Below are positions 30,349-39,786 of a DNA stretch of 64,000 nucleotides, one piece after another. The DNA lies in the NCBI GenBank assembly GCA_965219085.1, contig OZ244720.1:1024001-1088000 (forward strand), in the 5' to 3' direction. Made by a program: the position numbers and the translations under genes. Positions within the stretch are counted from its first letter, which is position 1. Each line of letters begins with the position of its first letter. Below the pieces are notes generated by a model. It had not been told where the DNA came from, did not search any database, and worked only from the letters and a program-made list of their open reading frames with translations. The stretch is from Dehalococcoidia bacterium (lineage in GTDB: Bacteria > Chloroflexota > Dehalococcoidia > UBA2979).

Positions 30349-31409
30349 GATGCCTCCTCCTCCCCGGCGTCGGGCGCCGGCACATCTTCCATTACGCGGG
30401 GATACCCCGCGGGCCCCACTGCGCCGGGATACCCCGCGGGTGCGTCGACTTCGAGGTGGCGGCCCGTCGCGCGCAAGAAGACGTCGTCGAGCGTCGGCTG
30501 CGCGAGCGTCACCTCGCGCACGTCAAGGCCGGCCTCCTGCACGACCGTGACGAGGCGGGCGATTGCCCGGCTGCCGTCGGCGATGTAGACGACGATCGCG
30601 TCGTCGAGCGTGCGCACCTCCTCGAGGCCCGGCAGCTCCTCAATGCGCAGCACGGCGCGGGCGACCGCGGTGCCGCCGTCATCCGCGTCGACGTGCATGG
30701 TGACCACGTCGGCGCCGATCGTCGCCTTCAGGCTCGCGGGCGATCCCTGCGCGACGATGCGACCGGCGTCGATGATCGCGACCTCGTCGGCGAGGCGGTC
30801 CGCCTCCTCCAGGTACTGCGTGGTGAGGAAGAACGTCACGCCCTCCCCGCGGTTGAGTTGCTCGACGTAGCGCCACAGCGCGTCACGGCTGATCGGGTCG
30901 AGCCCGCTCGTCGGCTCGTCGAGGAACACGATGCCCGGCCCGTGCACGAGCGCCGAGGCCAGGTCGAGCCGCCGCTGCATCCCGCCCGAGTACGTCCCGA
31001 TGCGCCGGTCCGCCGCGTCCTCGAGGTCGACGATAGCGAGCAACTCGGCCACGCGGGCCGCGATCTGCGAGCGCGGAACGCCGTGCAGGCGGCCCTGCAA
31101 CGTGAGCAGCTCGCGCCCGGTCTGGAGGTCGTCGAGGCCGGCCTCCTGCAGCGCGACGCCGATGCGCCGCCGCACCTCGGTGGGCTCGCGTTGCACGTCG
31201 AGGCCGTCGACGTAGGCGCGCCCGGCGGTGGGACGCAGCAGCGTGGTCAGCATGCGGATCGTCGTGGTCTTGCCGGAGCCGTTCGCGCCGAGGAAGCCGA
31301 ACACCTGCCCGCGCTCGACCGCGAGGTCGATGCCGTCGACGGCGCGGACGGCGGGGAAGCTCCGCACGAGTCCCTCGGCGCCGATCGCCGCGTCCGCAGC
31401 AGCCGTCAT
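30345..31409 (-). CDS. ABC transporter ATP-binding protein (DrrA-like)
   Basis: GANGSGKTT, YSGGMQRRLDLA, FLDEPTSGLD and PTLDDVFLRATG. Confidence 0.93.
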   Translation of the reverse strand: MTAAADAAIGAEGLVRSFPAVRAVDGIDLAVERGQVFGFLGANGSGKTTTIRMLTTLLRPTAGRAYVDGLDVQREPTEVRRRIGVALQEAGLDDLQTGRELLTLQGRLHGVPRSQIAARVAELLAIVDLEDAADRRIGTYSGGMQRRLDLASALVHGPGIVFLDEPTSGLDPISRDALWRYVEQLNRGEGVTFFLTTQYLEEADRLADEVAIIDAGRIVAQGSPASLKATIGADVVTMHVDADDGGTAVARAVLRIEELPGLEEVRTLDDAIVVYIADGSRAIARLVTVVQEAGLDVREVTLAQPTLDDVFLRATGRHLEVDAPAGYPGAVGPAGYPRVMEDVPAPDAGEEEAS

Positions 31410-31858
31410 GTTCTGCCCTTCCACTCGAACCGGCACCCGCGCGCGGAGCGGGACGCACCCGTGCATCGTACGGCGGGGTGCGCGGTAGATATGAGCCGGG
31501 TGGGAACGGCTGCGAACGGACGCGAGGAACTCTACATGCTCATCGCAACCTGCGCGTCACCAACGTGGCCGCCTGAACGTCCAGCCCAACGCAGGTTCGG
31601 GGCGCGCGGGACCAGCCGGCTCGCCTCGATGATCGCCATCGGTGATCGCCTGTCCGACTTCGAGTACTCAGCCTGGCGCCCAGCGACGCATATTGGAGGG
31701 TGCTGCGTCGCCACCAGCCGTATACTGAGCGTTGTGCGCGGGAGGGGGTCAACCTCCGCCTGGCGATTCGGACCAAGGTGGACCAGAACCCGCATCCGCG
31801 GATGCGGGAAGGAGGCAAGTCTGAGCAGATAGCCCATGCACGGGAAAAGGGGGATTCC

Positions 31859-32416
31859 ATGCGAATCTTGACAGCGGCTCTCATGGCCGCAACAGCAATG
31901 CTTGCGCTAGCGTGCACCGACAACTCGGAGGAGATCGACGAACTGTCGGGGCAGATCTCGGCACTGTCGGCGCAGGTGTCGGCGCTGGAGACTGAGGTCC
32001 AGGGGATGAGCGGGCCATCCGGTCCCGGGCTCATCGACGTCCAGCTCCAGGAGTGGGGAGTCATTCCCCTCAACATCGAGAAGAAGGACGGCGAGTTCAC
32101 CGTCGCGGCGGGCACGTACGTGGTCAATGCGGAGAACATCGGCCCGATCGACCCACACGAGTTGGTCATCATCCGCACCGACCTCGACGAGTCGGAGCTA
32201 CTGCAGGACGACACCGGTTTCGTCCTCGAGGATGGCGAGGGCATCCTCAAGTTCCTCGGCGAGATCGAGGAGTTTGACCCGGGTACTTCAATGGCCGGCG
32301 TTTTCAAGCTCACGCCGGGCCGCTACATCATCTTCTGCAACATCGTCGAGCTCGAGGAAGGTGAGTGGGAGAGCCACTTCAACGAGGGCATGCGCACCGT
32401 CCTCATCGTCGAGTAG
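31859..32416 (+). CDS. Lipoprotein with cupredoxin (blue-copper, sulfocyanin/auracyanin-like) domain
   Basis: LALAC lipobox, short coiled coil, PHEL and PGRYIIFCNI...HFNEGM (His/Cys/His/Met type-1 Cu ligands). Confidence 0.75.
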   Translation: MRILTAALMAATAMLALACTDNSEEIDELSGQISALSAQVSALETEVQGMSGPSGPGLIDVQLQEWGVIPLNIEKKDGEFTVAAGTYVVNAENIGPIDPHELVIIRTDLDESELLQDDTGFVLEDGEGILKFLGEIEEFDPGTSMAGVFKLTPGRYIIFCNIVELEEGEWESHFNEGMRTVLIVE

Positions 32417-32645
32417 ACCGTCCCTCATCGTCGATGAGTAGCGCTTGCGGCGGGGCATCTCTGCCCCGCCGCTGCATTACGGCTCGGTGACGAGCGTCCC
32501 TCCGAACCTCACGCACCCCCAACCCTACCGATCGCGGCTCGTACCCCCGCCCACGCGGCGCCGCACGCACCAATGCCTCGTACGGCGGGGTGCGCGATAG
32601 CATGCGCCGGGTGGGAACGGCTGAGAACGGACGCGAGGGCTGTAC

Positions 32646-33827
32646 ATGCTGATCCGCAATCTGCGCCTCATCGACGGGGCCGGCGACATCCGCGACGGCG
32701 TCGACGTGCGCATCCACGACGGGCGCTTCGCCGAGATCGGGCCCGGCCTCGACAGCGACGGCGAGGAGCTCGACGCGGGCGGGGCGACGGCGATCCCCGG
32801 GCTCATCGACGCGCACACCCACCTCACGCTCGACGCGACGCCCGAGGCGCTCGACAACGCGCTCGACCTGCCACACGTCGAGCAGGCCGGGGGCGCGGCT
32901 CAGCGCGCAGCGGCGCTGCTCGGGCACGGCGTCACGACGGCGCGCGAGGTCGGCGGGGTGGGCCCGCTCAGCGTCGACATGCGCGACTCGATTGCCTCGG
33001 GCTCCGCGCCGGGCCCGCGCATCTTCACGGCCGGCGCGTGGATGACCGGGCCGGACGGCCACGGCTGGCACGTCGGCCTGCACGCCGAGGGCCCCGACGG
33101 GGTGCGGCAGGCCGCCCGCGCGCAGCTCGACGACGGCGCCGACCTGCTCAAGATGATGGTCTCCGGCGGGGTGATCGGCACCGGTCACGGGCCGGGCGCC
33201 GAGCAGTACAGCGAGGACGAGGTGGCGATCGTCACCTCGATGGCGCACGCCGAGGGCAAGCGCGTCGCCGCCCACGCCCACGGCGAGCCGAGCATCCGCA
33301 ACGCCGTCCGCGGCGGCGTCGACACCGTCGAACACGCCTCGTTCGTCACCGCGGAGCTGATCGAGGAGATGCTGGAGCGCGGCACGTTCATCGTGCCGAC
33401 GTTGGCGGTGATCCACTTCGTGATCGAGAGCGGCTCGGAGGCGCTGGGCGAGGAGACGCTGCAGCGAGCGCGCGAGGTCTCGGCGGTGCACCGCGAGAAC
33501 ATCACCGCTGCATGGCGCGCGGGCGTGCCGATCGTCGCCGGCACGGACCTGGGCAGCCCCTTCACCGGCCCCGACGCCATCCACCAGGAGATCGCGCTGC
33601 TCACCGGCATCGGCATGTCGAACCACGAGGCAATCCAGGCCGCGACGCTGCAGGGCGCGCGCGCCATCGGCGTCGAGGACGACCTCGGCCCGGTGCGCCC
33701 GGGCCGCCGCGCGGACCTGCTCGTCCTCGACGGCGACCCGCTGACCGACATCACGGCGACGCGGCGCATCCGCCACCTCGTGCAGGACGGCGAGTTCCGC
33801 ATCCGCGACGGCGTCGAGGTCGCCTGA
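32646..33827 (+). CDS. Amidohydrolase family protein (Xaa-Pro dipeptidase-like)
   Basis: PGLIDAHTH, AHAHG, VEHAS, AGTD and ADLLVLDGDPL motifs. Confidence 0.9.
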   Translation: MLIRNLRLIDGAGDIRDGVDVRIHDGRFAEIGPGLDSDGEELDAGGATAIPGLIDAHTHLTLDATPEALDNALDLPHVEQAGGAAQRAAALLGHGVTTAREVGGVGPLSVDMRDSIASGSAPGPRIFTAGAWMTGPDGHGWHVGLHAEGPDGVRQAARAQLDDGADLLKMMVSGGVIGTGHGPGAEQYSEDEVAIVTSMAHAEGKRVAAHAHGEPSIRNAVRGGVDTVEHASFVTAELIEEMLERGTFIVPTLAVIHFVIESGSEALGEETLQRAREVSAVHRENITAAWRAGVPIVAGTDLGSPFTGPDAIHQEIALLTGIGMSNHEAIQAATLQGARAIGVEDDLGPVRPGRRADLLVLDGDPLTDITATRRIRHLVQDGEFRIRDGVEVA

Positions 33828-33843
33828 GCGCCAGGGACGCCAC

Positions 33844-35034
33844 ATGACAGGCGACGCACTGTGGCGGCTCGCAAGCACGCGCGGCCTGAGCCGTCGGCGC
33901 TTCCTCGGGCTCCTCGCCGCCGGCGGCGCGGCTGCGGTGCTCGCGGCGTGCTTCGGCGAGCAGGACGGCGAGCCGTCCGGGCTGTTCAAGGATCCGGGCC
34001 CATTCATCGAGCACGGCGAGGCCGGCCTCGAATCCCGCCTCCAGCTCATGGAGGGGGTGATCACGCCCAACTGGCTGTTCTTCGTGCGCAACAACTCGCC
34101 CGCCAGCGTCGAGGTCGACGCGGGCGCGTGGCGGCTCACCGTCGAGGGCGACGCCGTCGAGCAGCCGTTGGAGCTGTCGTACGACGAGCTTCGCCGCCTG
34201 CCCGCGCGCACGCTCGTTTCGTACCTCGAGTGCGCCGGGAACCATCGAGTCATGTTCGACCGCGTGCAGGGGCGGGCGGCGAAGGGCACGCAGTGGGGGA
34301 CGGGCACCGTCGGCAACGGCGTGTGGCTCGGCGTCGCGCTGGCCGACGTGCTCACGCTCGCCGGTATCGCCGACGACGCCGCGAGCGTACTCCTCGTCGG
34401 CCTCGACGAGGACGCGCCCGAGGGCGGGTTCCGCCGCGTGGTCAGCGCGCAGAAGGCGATGCACCCCGACACGCTGCTCGCGTACGGCCTCAACGGTGAA
34501 CTGCTGCCACGGGACCACGGCTTCCCACTGCGCGCGCTCGTGCCGGGCTGGGTCGGCAGCACGAGCATCAAGTGGCTCGGCCGCATCGTCGTGACGCGCG
34601 AGCAGCTGTGGACACGCAACAACACCACCTCGTACGTGCTCATCGGCGACGACTACCCGCCCGAGCGCGAGGCGGGCGGGCAGGCAGTGACCGTGCAGTC
34701 GATCAAGAGCGCGCTCGGCCTGCCGTGGCCGGCGGAGCTGCCGAGCGGGATCCAGCGCCTGCACGGCTTCGCCCACTCGCCGCACGGCGCGATCACGAGC
34801 GTCGAGTGGAGCGCCGACGACGGCGCGAGCTGGCGACCCGCGCGCCTCGTCGAGCCGCAGGTGCAGTACTCGTGGGCGCGGTTCGAGTTCGACTGGCCCG
34901 CGCGGCCGGGCGACCGCACACTGCTGACGCGCGCGACCGACGTCGCCGGCAACACGCAGCCGGATGCGGTGCCCTTCAACGAGAAGGGCTACCTCTTCAA
35001 CCAGCCACTCCCCCACCCGATCCGGGTAACCTAG
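33844..35034 (+). CDS. Sulfite oxidase-family molybdoenzyme, Tat lipoprotein
   Basis: SRRRFL Tat motif, FFVRN, LECAGN Moco Cys, DHGFPLR..PGW.G..SIKWL. Confidence 0.9.
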   Translation: MTGDALWRLASTRGLSRRRFLGLLAAGGAAAVLAACFGEQDGEPSGLFKDPGPFIEHGEAGLESRLQLMEGVITPNWLFFVRNNSPASVEVDAGAWRLTVEGDAVEQPLELSYDELRRLPARTLVSYLECAGNHRVMFDRVQGRAAKGTQWGTGTVGNGVWLGVALADVLTLAGIADDAASVLLVGLDEDAPEGGFRRVVSAQKAMHPDTLLAYGLNGELLPRDHGFPLRALVPGWVGSTSIKWLGRIVVTREQLWTRNNTTSYVLIGDDYPPEREAGGQAVTVQSIKSALGLPWPAELPSGIQRLHGFAHSPHGAITSVEWSADDGASWRPARLVEPQVQYSWARFEFDWPARPGDRTLLTRATDVAGNTQPDAVPFNEKGYLFNQPLPHPIRVT

Positions 35035-35075
35035 CCGCGAGCCAACCTGGGCGATCTCTGGCGAAGGACGAGGAC

Positions 35076-35309
35076 ATGCAGAAGGTGCTCCATCAGAAGG
35101 TGACGGTGTTGCCAGGAGGCAAGGTGGAGTTCGCCAGCCCTGAGTTGGAGGCGGGGCAGACGGTGGACGTGGTGGTGCTGCACGAATCCAGGGGGGAGGG
35201 CCGGGCCGTCATGGAGATCCTCAACAGCGGGCCCGAGCACCGCCTGTTCCAGACGCCCGAAGAGGTGCGCGAGTACCTGGCGAACGAGAAGGCGTCGTGG
35301 GATCTCTGA
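35076..35309 (+). CDS. Putative antitoxin
   Basis: 77-aa ORF from ATG 35076 that overlaps the PIN gene. Ends EEVREYLANEKASWD. Confidence 0.65.
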   Translation: MQKVLHQKVTVLPGGKVEFASPELEAGQTVDVVVLHESRGEGRAVMEILNSGPEHRLFQTPEEVREYLANEKASWDL

Positions 35310-35752
35310 CCCTGCCGCCGGGCGGTCTGGTTTGTATCGATGCCAGCAGTCTCATCTACAGCGTTGAACGAGTGGAGCCGTACCGCTCGCTGCTGGAGCC
35401 GATGTGGCAGGACGCCCAGAACGGGAACCTGACCCTTGTGAGCAGTCCCATCCTGGTACTCGAGGCCCTGGTGAAGCCGTTGCGAGACGGCAACACAGCG
35501 ATCGAGATGCAGTATCGCGAGCTATTCGACGCACATGCTGTACGACTCCTGGATGCCTCATATCAAGTGTTCGAAGATGCCGCTCGTCTGCGGGCCGCAT
35601 CAGGATTGAAAACGCCCGACGCTATCCATGCTGCGACAGCGCTTCGCGCCGCCTGCGCGCTCTTCGTCACCAACGATAGTGACTTCCGCCGCGTGCCGGA
35701 TCTCGCTGTCGTCGTCCTCGACGATGTGCTCGCAGAGGATGCTCCGGGGTAG
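35297..35752 (+). CDS. vapC: PIN-domain (VapC) toxin
   Basis: IDASSLIY, LEALVKP and LKTPDAIHAATA..FVTND motifs. Confidence 0.85.
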   Translation: MGSLTLPPGGLVCIDASSLIYSVERVEPYRSLLEPMWQDAQNGNLTLVSSPILVLEALVKPLRDGNTAIEMQYRELFDAHAVRLLDASYQVFEDAARLRAASGLKTPDAIHAATALRAACALFVTNDSDFRRVPDLAVVVLDDVLAEDAPG

Positions 35753-35781
35753 GTCGGGATGAGACACGGGAACTACCCCGA

Positions 35782-36673
35782 ATGACCTCGACGGGAGGGG
35801 GCTCGCGCCCCGCGTGGGTGTCGGACGCGATGTACCCGTTCGAGAGCCGCTTCTTCGCCACGCCCGACGGGCACCGCATGCACTACGTCGACGAGGGCGA
35901 GGGCTCACCCATCGTCTTCGTGCACGGCAATCCCGCGTGGTCGTTCGAGTTCCGCCACCTCGTCGCCGGGCTGCGCGACGAGTTCCGCTGCATCGCCCCC
36001 GACCACATCGGCTTCGGCCTCTCCGCACGCAGCGACCGTCGCGAGGACCACCATCCGATGGCGCACGCAGAGCGGTTCGCCGCGCTGCTCGAAGACCTCG
36101 ACGTGCGGGACGCGACGCTGTTCCTGACGGACTGGGGCGGGCCGATCGGCCTCGACTTCGCGCGCCGGCGCCCGGAGCGCGTGTCGCGGCTGGTGATCGC
36201 GAACACGTGGTGCTGGCCGGTCTCCGACGACCGGCACTTCCGGATGTTCAGCTTCATGATGCGCAGCCCGGTGGGGCAGTTCCTTATCAAGCGGTTCAAC
36301 TTCTTCGTGACCCAGGTGATGCCTCGGGCTGTCGGCGACAAGGGCGTGCTGACGCCCGGGGTGATGCATCACTACCGCAACGCGCAGCCGAGGGGGCGAG
36401 CGCGCGGCGTGCGCCGCCCTCCCCGGCCACATCATCGGCGCGAGCGACTGGCTCGCCTCGATCTGGGCGGACCGCGAGGCGTTCGCGGACAAGCGGGCGC
36501 TGCTCCTGTGGGGCCTGCGCGACATCGCGTTCCGCCGCGAGGAGCTCGATGTCTGGCAGTGGGCGCTGACCGACACCGAGGTGCATGAGTTCGAGGACTG
36601 CGGGCACTTTCTCGCCGAGGAGGCGCCGGAGCGGATCCTGCCCCTGCTCCGCGACTTCATGCGTCGCGCGTAG
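35782..36673 (+). pseudogene. Alpha/beta hydrolase (haloalkane dehalogenase-like), frameshifted at a G run near 36392-36396
   Basis: HGNPAWS and DWGGPIG nucleophile motifs. Removing one G restores ..GERAACAALPGHII..CGHFLAEEAPE..RRA*. May be a sequencing error. Confidence 0.75.
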
Positions 36674-37448
36674 CTGCTCCGGCCTCGGCGATCCCCGCTG
36701 CGTCGAGGCGGTCGTGCAGCCGGCGCAGTTCGGCGAGCACCTCCTCGATCGGCTCGGTGGCGCGGTCATGGGACTGATCCTGCGCGGTCTCGACGAAGTA
36801 CGCCGCGACATTCGCCGTGAGCACGCCGAAGAGCCCGATGCCGATCAGCATCAGGAACGTCGCCACGCCACGGCCAATCAGCGTGACCGGATACGTGTCG
36901 CCGTAGCCGACGGTGGTGACGGTCGTGAAGGCCCACCACACCGCCGTGCCCAGCCCGTCGATCGACCCGCCCGAGCCTCGCTCGGCGAAGGTGATCACGA
37001 CCGCCGAAGCGATGAGCGCGCCCAGCGCGAACAGCAGCACGCCTTGCACACCTCGCCGGCCCATGATCGCTACCGTCGTGTGCGACGCCCGCACCAGGTA
37101 GACGAGCACGCGGACGACTCGCAACGCTTGCAGCGCACGCGCGGAGCGGAGGATGCGCAGCGGACGCAGGAAGGGCAGCACCACGATCAGCACGTCGAAC
37201 CAGTGCCGCCGCAGGTACCGCAGCCGGCGAGGCGCGAGGTAGGTGCGGATCGCCAGCTCGGCTGCGAAGGCCCCCCAGATGATCCAGTCGAGCGCGAGCA
37301 CGGCGCGCTCCACCCGCGCCGAGAGATCGAATGCGACTGGTGCGACCAGCAGCGGGATCATGATCAGCGCGAGCACGAGCAACGGGAGTTCCGTCATGTG
37401 CTCGAATCGATCGAGTCGCTCGGAGCGTCGTTCTTGCGTCGTCGTCAC
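36657..37448 (-). CDS. Voltage-gated-type potassium channel, copy 1
   Basis: TTVGYGD selectivity filter and Arg-rich S4 segment (LRPLRILRSARALQALR). Confidence 0.9.
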   Translation of the reverse strand: MTTTQERRSERLDRFEHMTELPLLVLALIMIPLLVAPVAFDLSARVERAVLALDWIIWGAFAAELAIRTYLAPRRLRYLRRHWFDVLIVVLPFLRPLRILRSARALQALRVVRVLVYLVRASHTTVAIMGRRGVQGVLLFALGALIASAVVITFAERGSGGSIDGLGTAVWWAFTTVTTVGYGDTYPVTLIGRGVATFLMLIGIGLFGVLTANVAAYFVETAQDQSHDRATEPIEEVLAELRRLHDRLDAAGIAEAGAATRDA

Positions 37449-37722
37449 CTCGTCCTCCTCGCCTGCGATCACCCTCGGCCTTGGACGAGCCTACGTCGCG
37501 CGCGTCGCACTCGGCCCGCTGCGCGCTGCTGCGCGGCAGAACCGCGCGACGTTCCCGGACAAGCGGGCGCTGATCTTGTGGGGACTGCGCGACATCGCGT
37601 TCCGGCGGCAGGAGCTCGAACACTGGCAGTCGGCGCTCACGGTCGTCGAGGTGCACGAGAGGACTGCGGGCACTTCCTCGCCGAGGAGGCGCCGGAGCGG
37701 ATCCTGCCCCTGCTCCGCGCGT

Positions 37723-38514
37723 TCATGCGTCGCGCGTAGCTGCTCCACCTTCCACGATCCCCGCAGCGTCGAGGCGCTCATGCAGCCGACGCAGTTCACC
37801 GAGCACTTCCCCGATCGGGTCGGGAGCGGGGTCATCGGACTGATCCTGCGCGGTCTCGACGAAGTACGCGGCGACGTTCGCCGTGAGCACGCCGAAGAGC
37901 CCGATGCCGATCAGCATGAGGAACGTCGCCACGCCACGGCCAATGAGCGTGACCGGATACGTGTCGCCATAGCCGACGGTGGTGACCGTCGTGAAGGCCC
38001 ACCACACCCCCGTGTCGAACCCGTCGATGGAACCGCCTGAGCCTCGCTCAGCGAAGGTGATCACGACCGCTGAGGCGATGAGTGCGCCGAGCGCGAACAG
38101 CAACGAGCCCTGCACGCCTCGCCGCGCCATGATTGCGCGCGCTGTGTCCGTGGCCCTGAACAAGTAGGCGAGCAAGCGCGCGCCTCGCAGGAGTCGCAGC
38201 GCGCGCGCCGACCGGAACACGCGCAGCGGCCGCAGAAATGGCAACGCGACGAGCAGGACATCGAACCAGTGCTCCCACAGGTACCGCAGCCTGCCCGGTG
38301 CAAGGTACGTCCGAACGGACAGCTCCACTGCGAAGACGCCCCAAATCATCCAGTCGAGTGCGAACAGCGCCCGTTCCGCGCGCGCTGAGAGATCGAACAC
38401 GACCGGTCCGAGCAGCAGCGGAATCATGAGCAGCGCGAGCACCAACAACGGGAGCTCCGTGACGTGCTCGAATCGATCGAGTCGCTCGGAGCGCCGTTCC
38501 TGCGTCGTCGTCAC
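37723..38514 (-). CDS. Voltage-gated-type potassium channel, copy 2
   Basis: TTVGYGD filter. Paralog of 36657..37448, diverged mainly in the S1-S4 region. Confidence 0.9.
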   Translation of the reverse strand: MTTTQERRSERLDRFEHVTELPLLVLALLMIPLLLGPVVFDLSARAERALFALDWMIWGVFAVELSVRTYLAPGRLRYLWEHWFDVLLVALPFLRPLRVFRSARALRLLRGARLLAYLFRATDTARAIMARRGVQGSLLFALGALIASAVVITFAERGSGGSIDGFDTGVWWAFTTVTTVGYGDTYPVTLIGRGVATFLMLIGIGLFGVLTANVAAYFVETAQDQSDDPAPDPIGEVLGELRRLHERLDAAGIVEGGAATRDA

Positions 38515-38618
38515 CTCGTCCTCCTCGCGCGCGATCACCCTCGGCCTTTGACGAGCCTACGTCGCGCGCGTCACACTCGGCCCGCCGCGCGCCGCTGCGC
38601 GGCAGAACGGACGGAGCA

Positions 38619-38957
38619 GTGACACCGCCAGACGACGCCGCGGACGCTGCCCCGACCCCCGAGGAGGCCCGAGCCGCCTCGGAGATCGGGCCGCACGAGA
38701 ACGTTCGCTACTACTTCGACGAGGACCTCGCCGGCCGCCGCTGCATCTGCGAGGGCGGCGAGGCGGTCGAGGGCACGCAGCTCGGCGGCCGCTCGACCTA
38801 CACGGGGGTGCTGACCGGCCGCCGCTTCGACCACGGCGACCCGCCCTGGCGCTGGATGGAGATGATCGGCCGCAGCGACGAGGATCCCGCCGCCGCCACC
38901 AACGCACTTGTATGGTGCGAGGAGAGCTTCGTCTTCCTCGAGGGCGAAGACTACTAG
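38619..38957 (+). CDS. Hypothetical protein
   Basis: 112-aa ORF with strong GC3 bias and GGAG RBS. Confidence 0.6.
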   Translation: MTPPDDAADAAPTPEEARAASEIGPHENVRYYFDEDLAGRRCICEGGEAVEGTQLGGRSTYTGVLTGRRFDHGDPPWRWMEMIGRSDEDPAAATNALVWCEESFVFLEGEDY

Positions 38958-38994
38958 CGCCCACCCACCACACGGCGCCTTGGAGGAGGACCGC

Positions 38995-39786
38995 ATGCAC
39001 ATTGTGATCTGCGCGAAACAGGTCATCGACCCGGACGGCGTGAACAGCTACGCGCTGTGGGGCCAGCTCGAGGTCGACGACTCGGGGCGGGCGTTCAGCA
39101 CGCAGCTCCCGCTGATCATCAACGCCTACGACGACCAGGCCATCGAGGCCGCGCTGCGCCTGCGCGACGACGGCCACGACGTCACGATCACCGCCCTCTC
39201 GGCGGGCGGCGAGGACGTCAACCAGCTCCTGCGCCACTGCAAGGCGATGGGCTGCGATGAGATCGTGCGCGTCGACGATCCAGACGGCCCACCGGACGCC
39301 TTCCGCACGGCCCGCCTGCTCGCCGCCGCGATCCGCGACCTCGGCGACGTGGACCTCGTGCTGTGCGGGCGGCAGTCCTCGGACTACGACCAGGGCACGA
39401 CGCCCGCCGCACTCGCCGAGATGCTCGGCTTCGCCTACGTGACGATCGCCTTCGACGTGCGCGTCGAAGGTGAACGGTTCCGCATCAAGCGCGCGACGCC
39501 GCTGGGCGAGGAGCAGGTGCTGGCCTCGATGCCGACGGTCGTGACCATCAGCAACGAGCTCGGCATCCCCCGCTACCCGACCGGTCGCGGCATGATCGCC
39601 GCTCGCCGCCATCCCGCGACCGTGCGCACGCCGGCCGAACTCGGCGTCGAGGAGGGCGCGGGCGCGGAGCTGCTCGAGCTCGACATCTACGAGGTCGCCG
39701 GCGAGTGCGAGTTCATCGAGGGCGATGACCCCGCGGCGCAGGCGGCAGCACTGCTGAGCAAGCTGGAAGCGGAGGGCGTGCTGTGA
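38995..39786 (+). CDS. etfB: Electron transfer flavoprotein beta subunit
   Basis: MHIVICAKQVIDP, INAYDDQAIEAAL, LCGRQSSD and PRYP. GGAGG RBS. Confidence 0.92.
   Translation: MHIVICAKQVIDPDGVNSYALWGQLEVDDSGRAFSTQLPLIINAYDDQAIEAALRLRDDGHDVTITALSAGGEDVNQLLRHCKAMGCDEIVRVDDPDGPPDAFRTARLLAAAIRDLGDVDLVLCGRQSSDYDQGTTPAALAEMLGFAYVTIAFDVRVEGERFRIKRATPLGEEQVLASMPTVVTISNELGIPRYPTGRGMIAARRHPATVRTPAELGVEEGAGAELLELDIYEVAGECEFIEGDDPAAQAAALLSKLEAEGVL

Larger units (their letters stand above)
36470..38608. repeat. About 1066-bp diverged tandem duplication (hydrolase 3' tail, K+ channel and upstream region)
   Basis: The segment from about 36470 recurs from about 37541. Both channel genes are 792 bp. Hydrolase tail remnant at about 37541-37739. 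Confidence 0.9.

Noticed and set aside
30399-30440. 15-bp direct repeat encoding PAGYP twice in the ABC ATPase tail
   Set aside because: A small in-frame duplication in a low-complexity C-terminus with no evident function.
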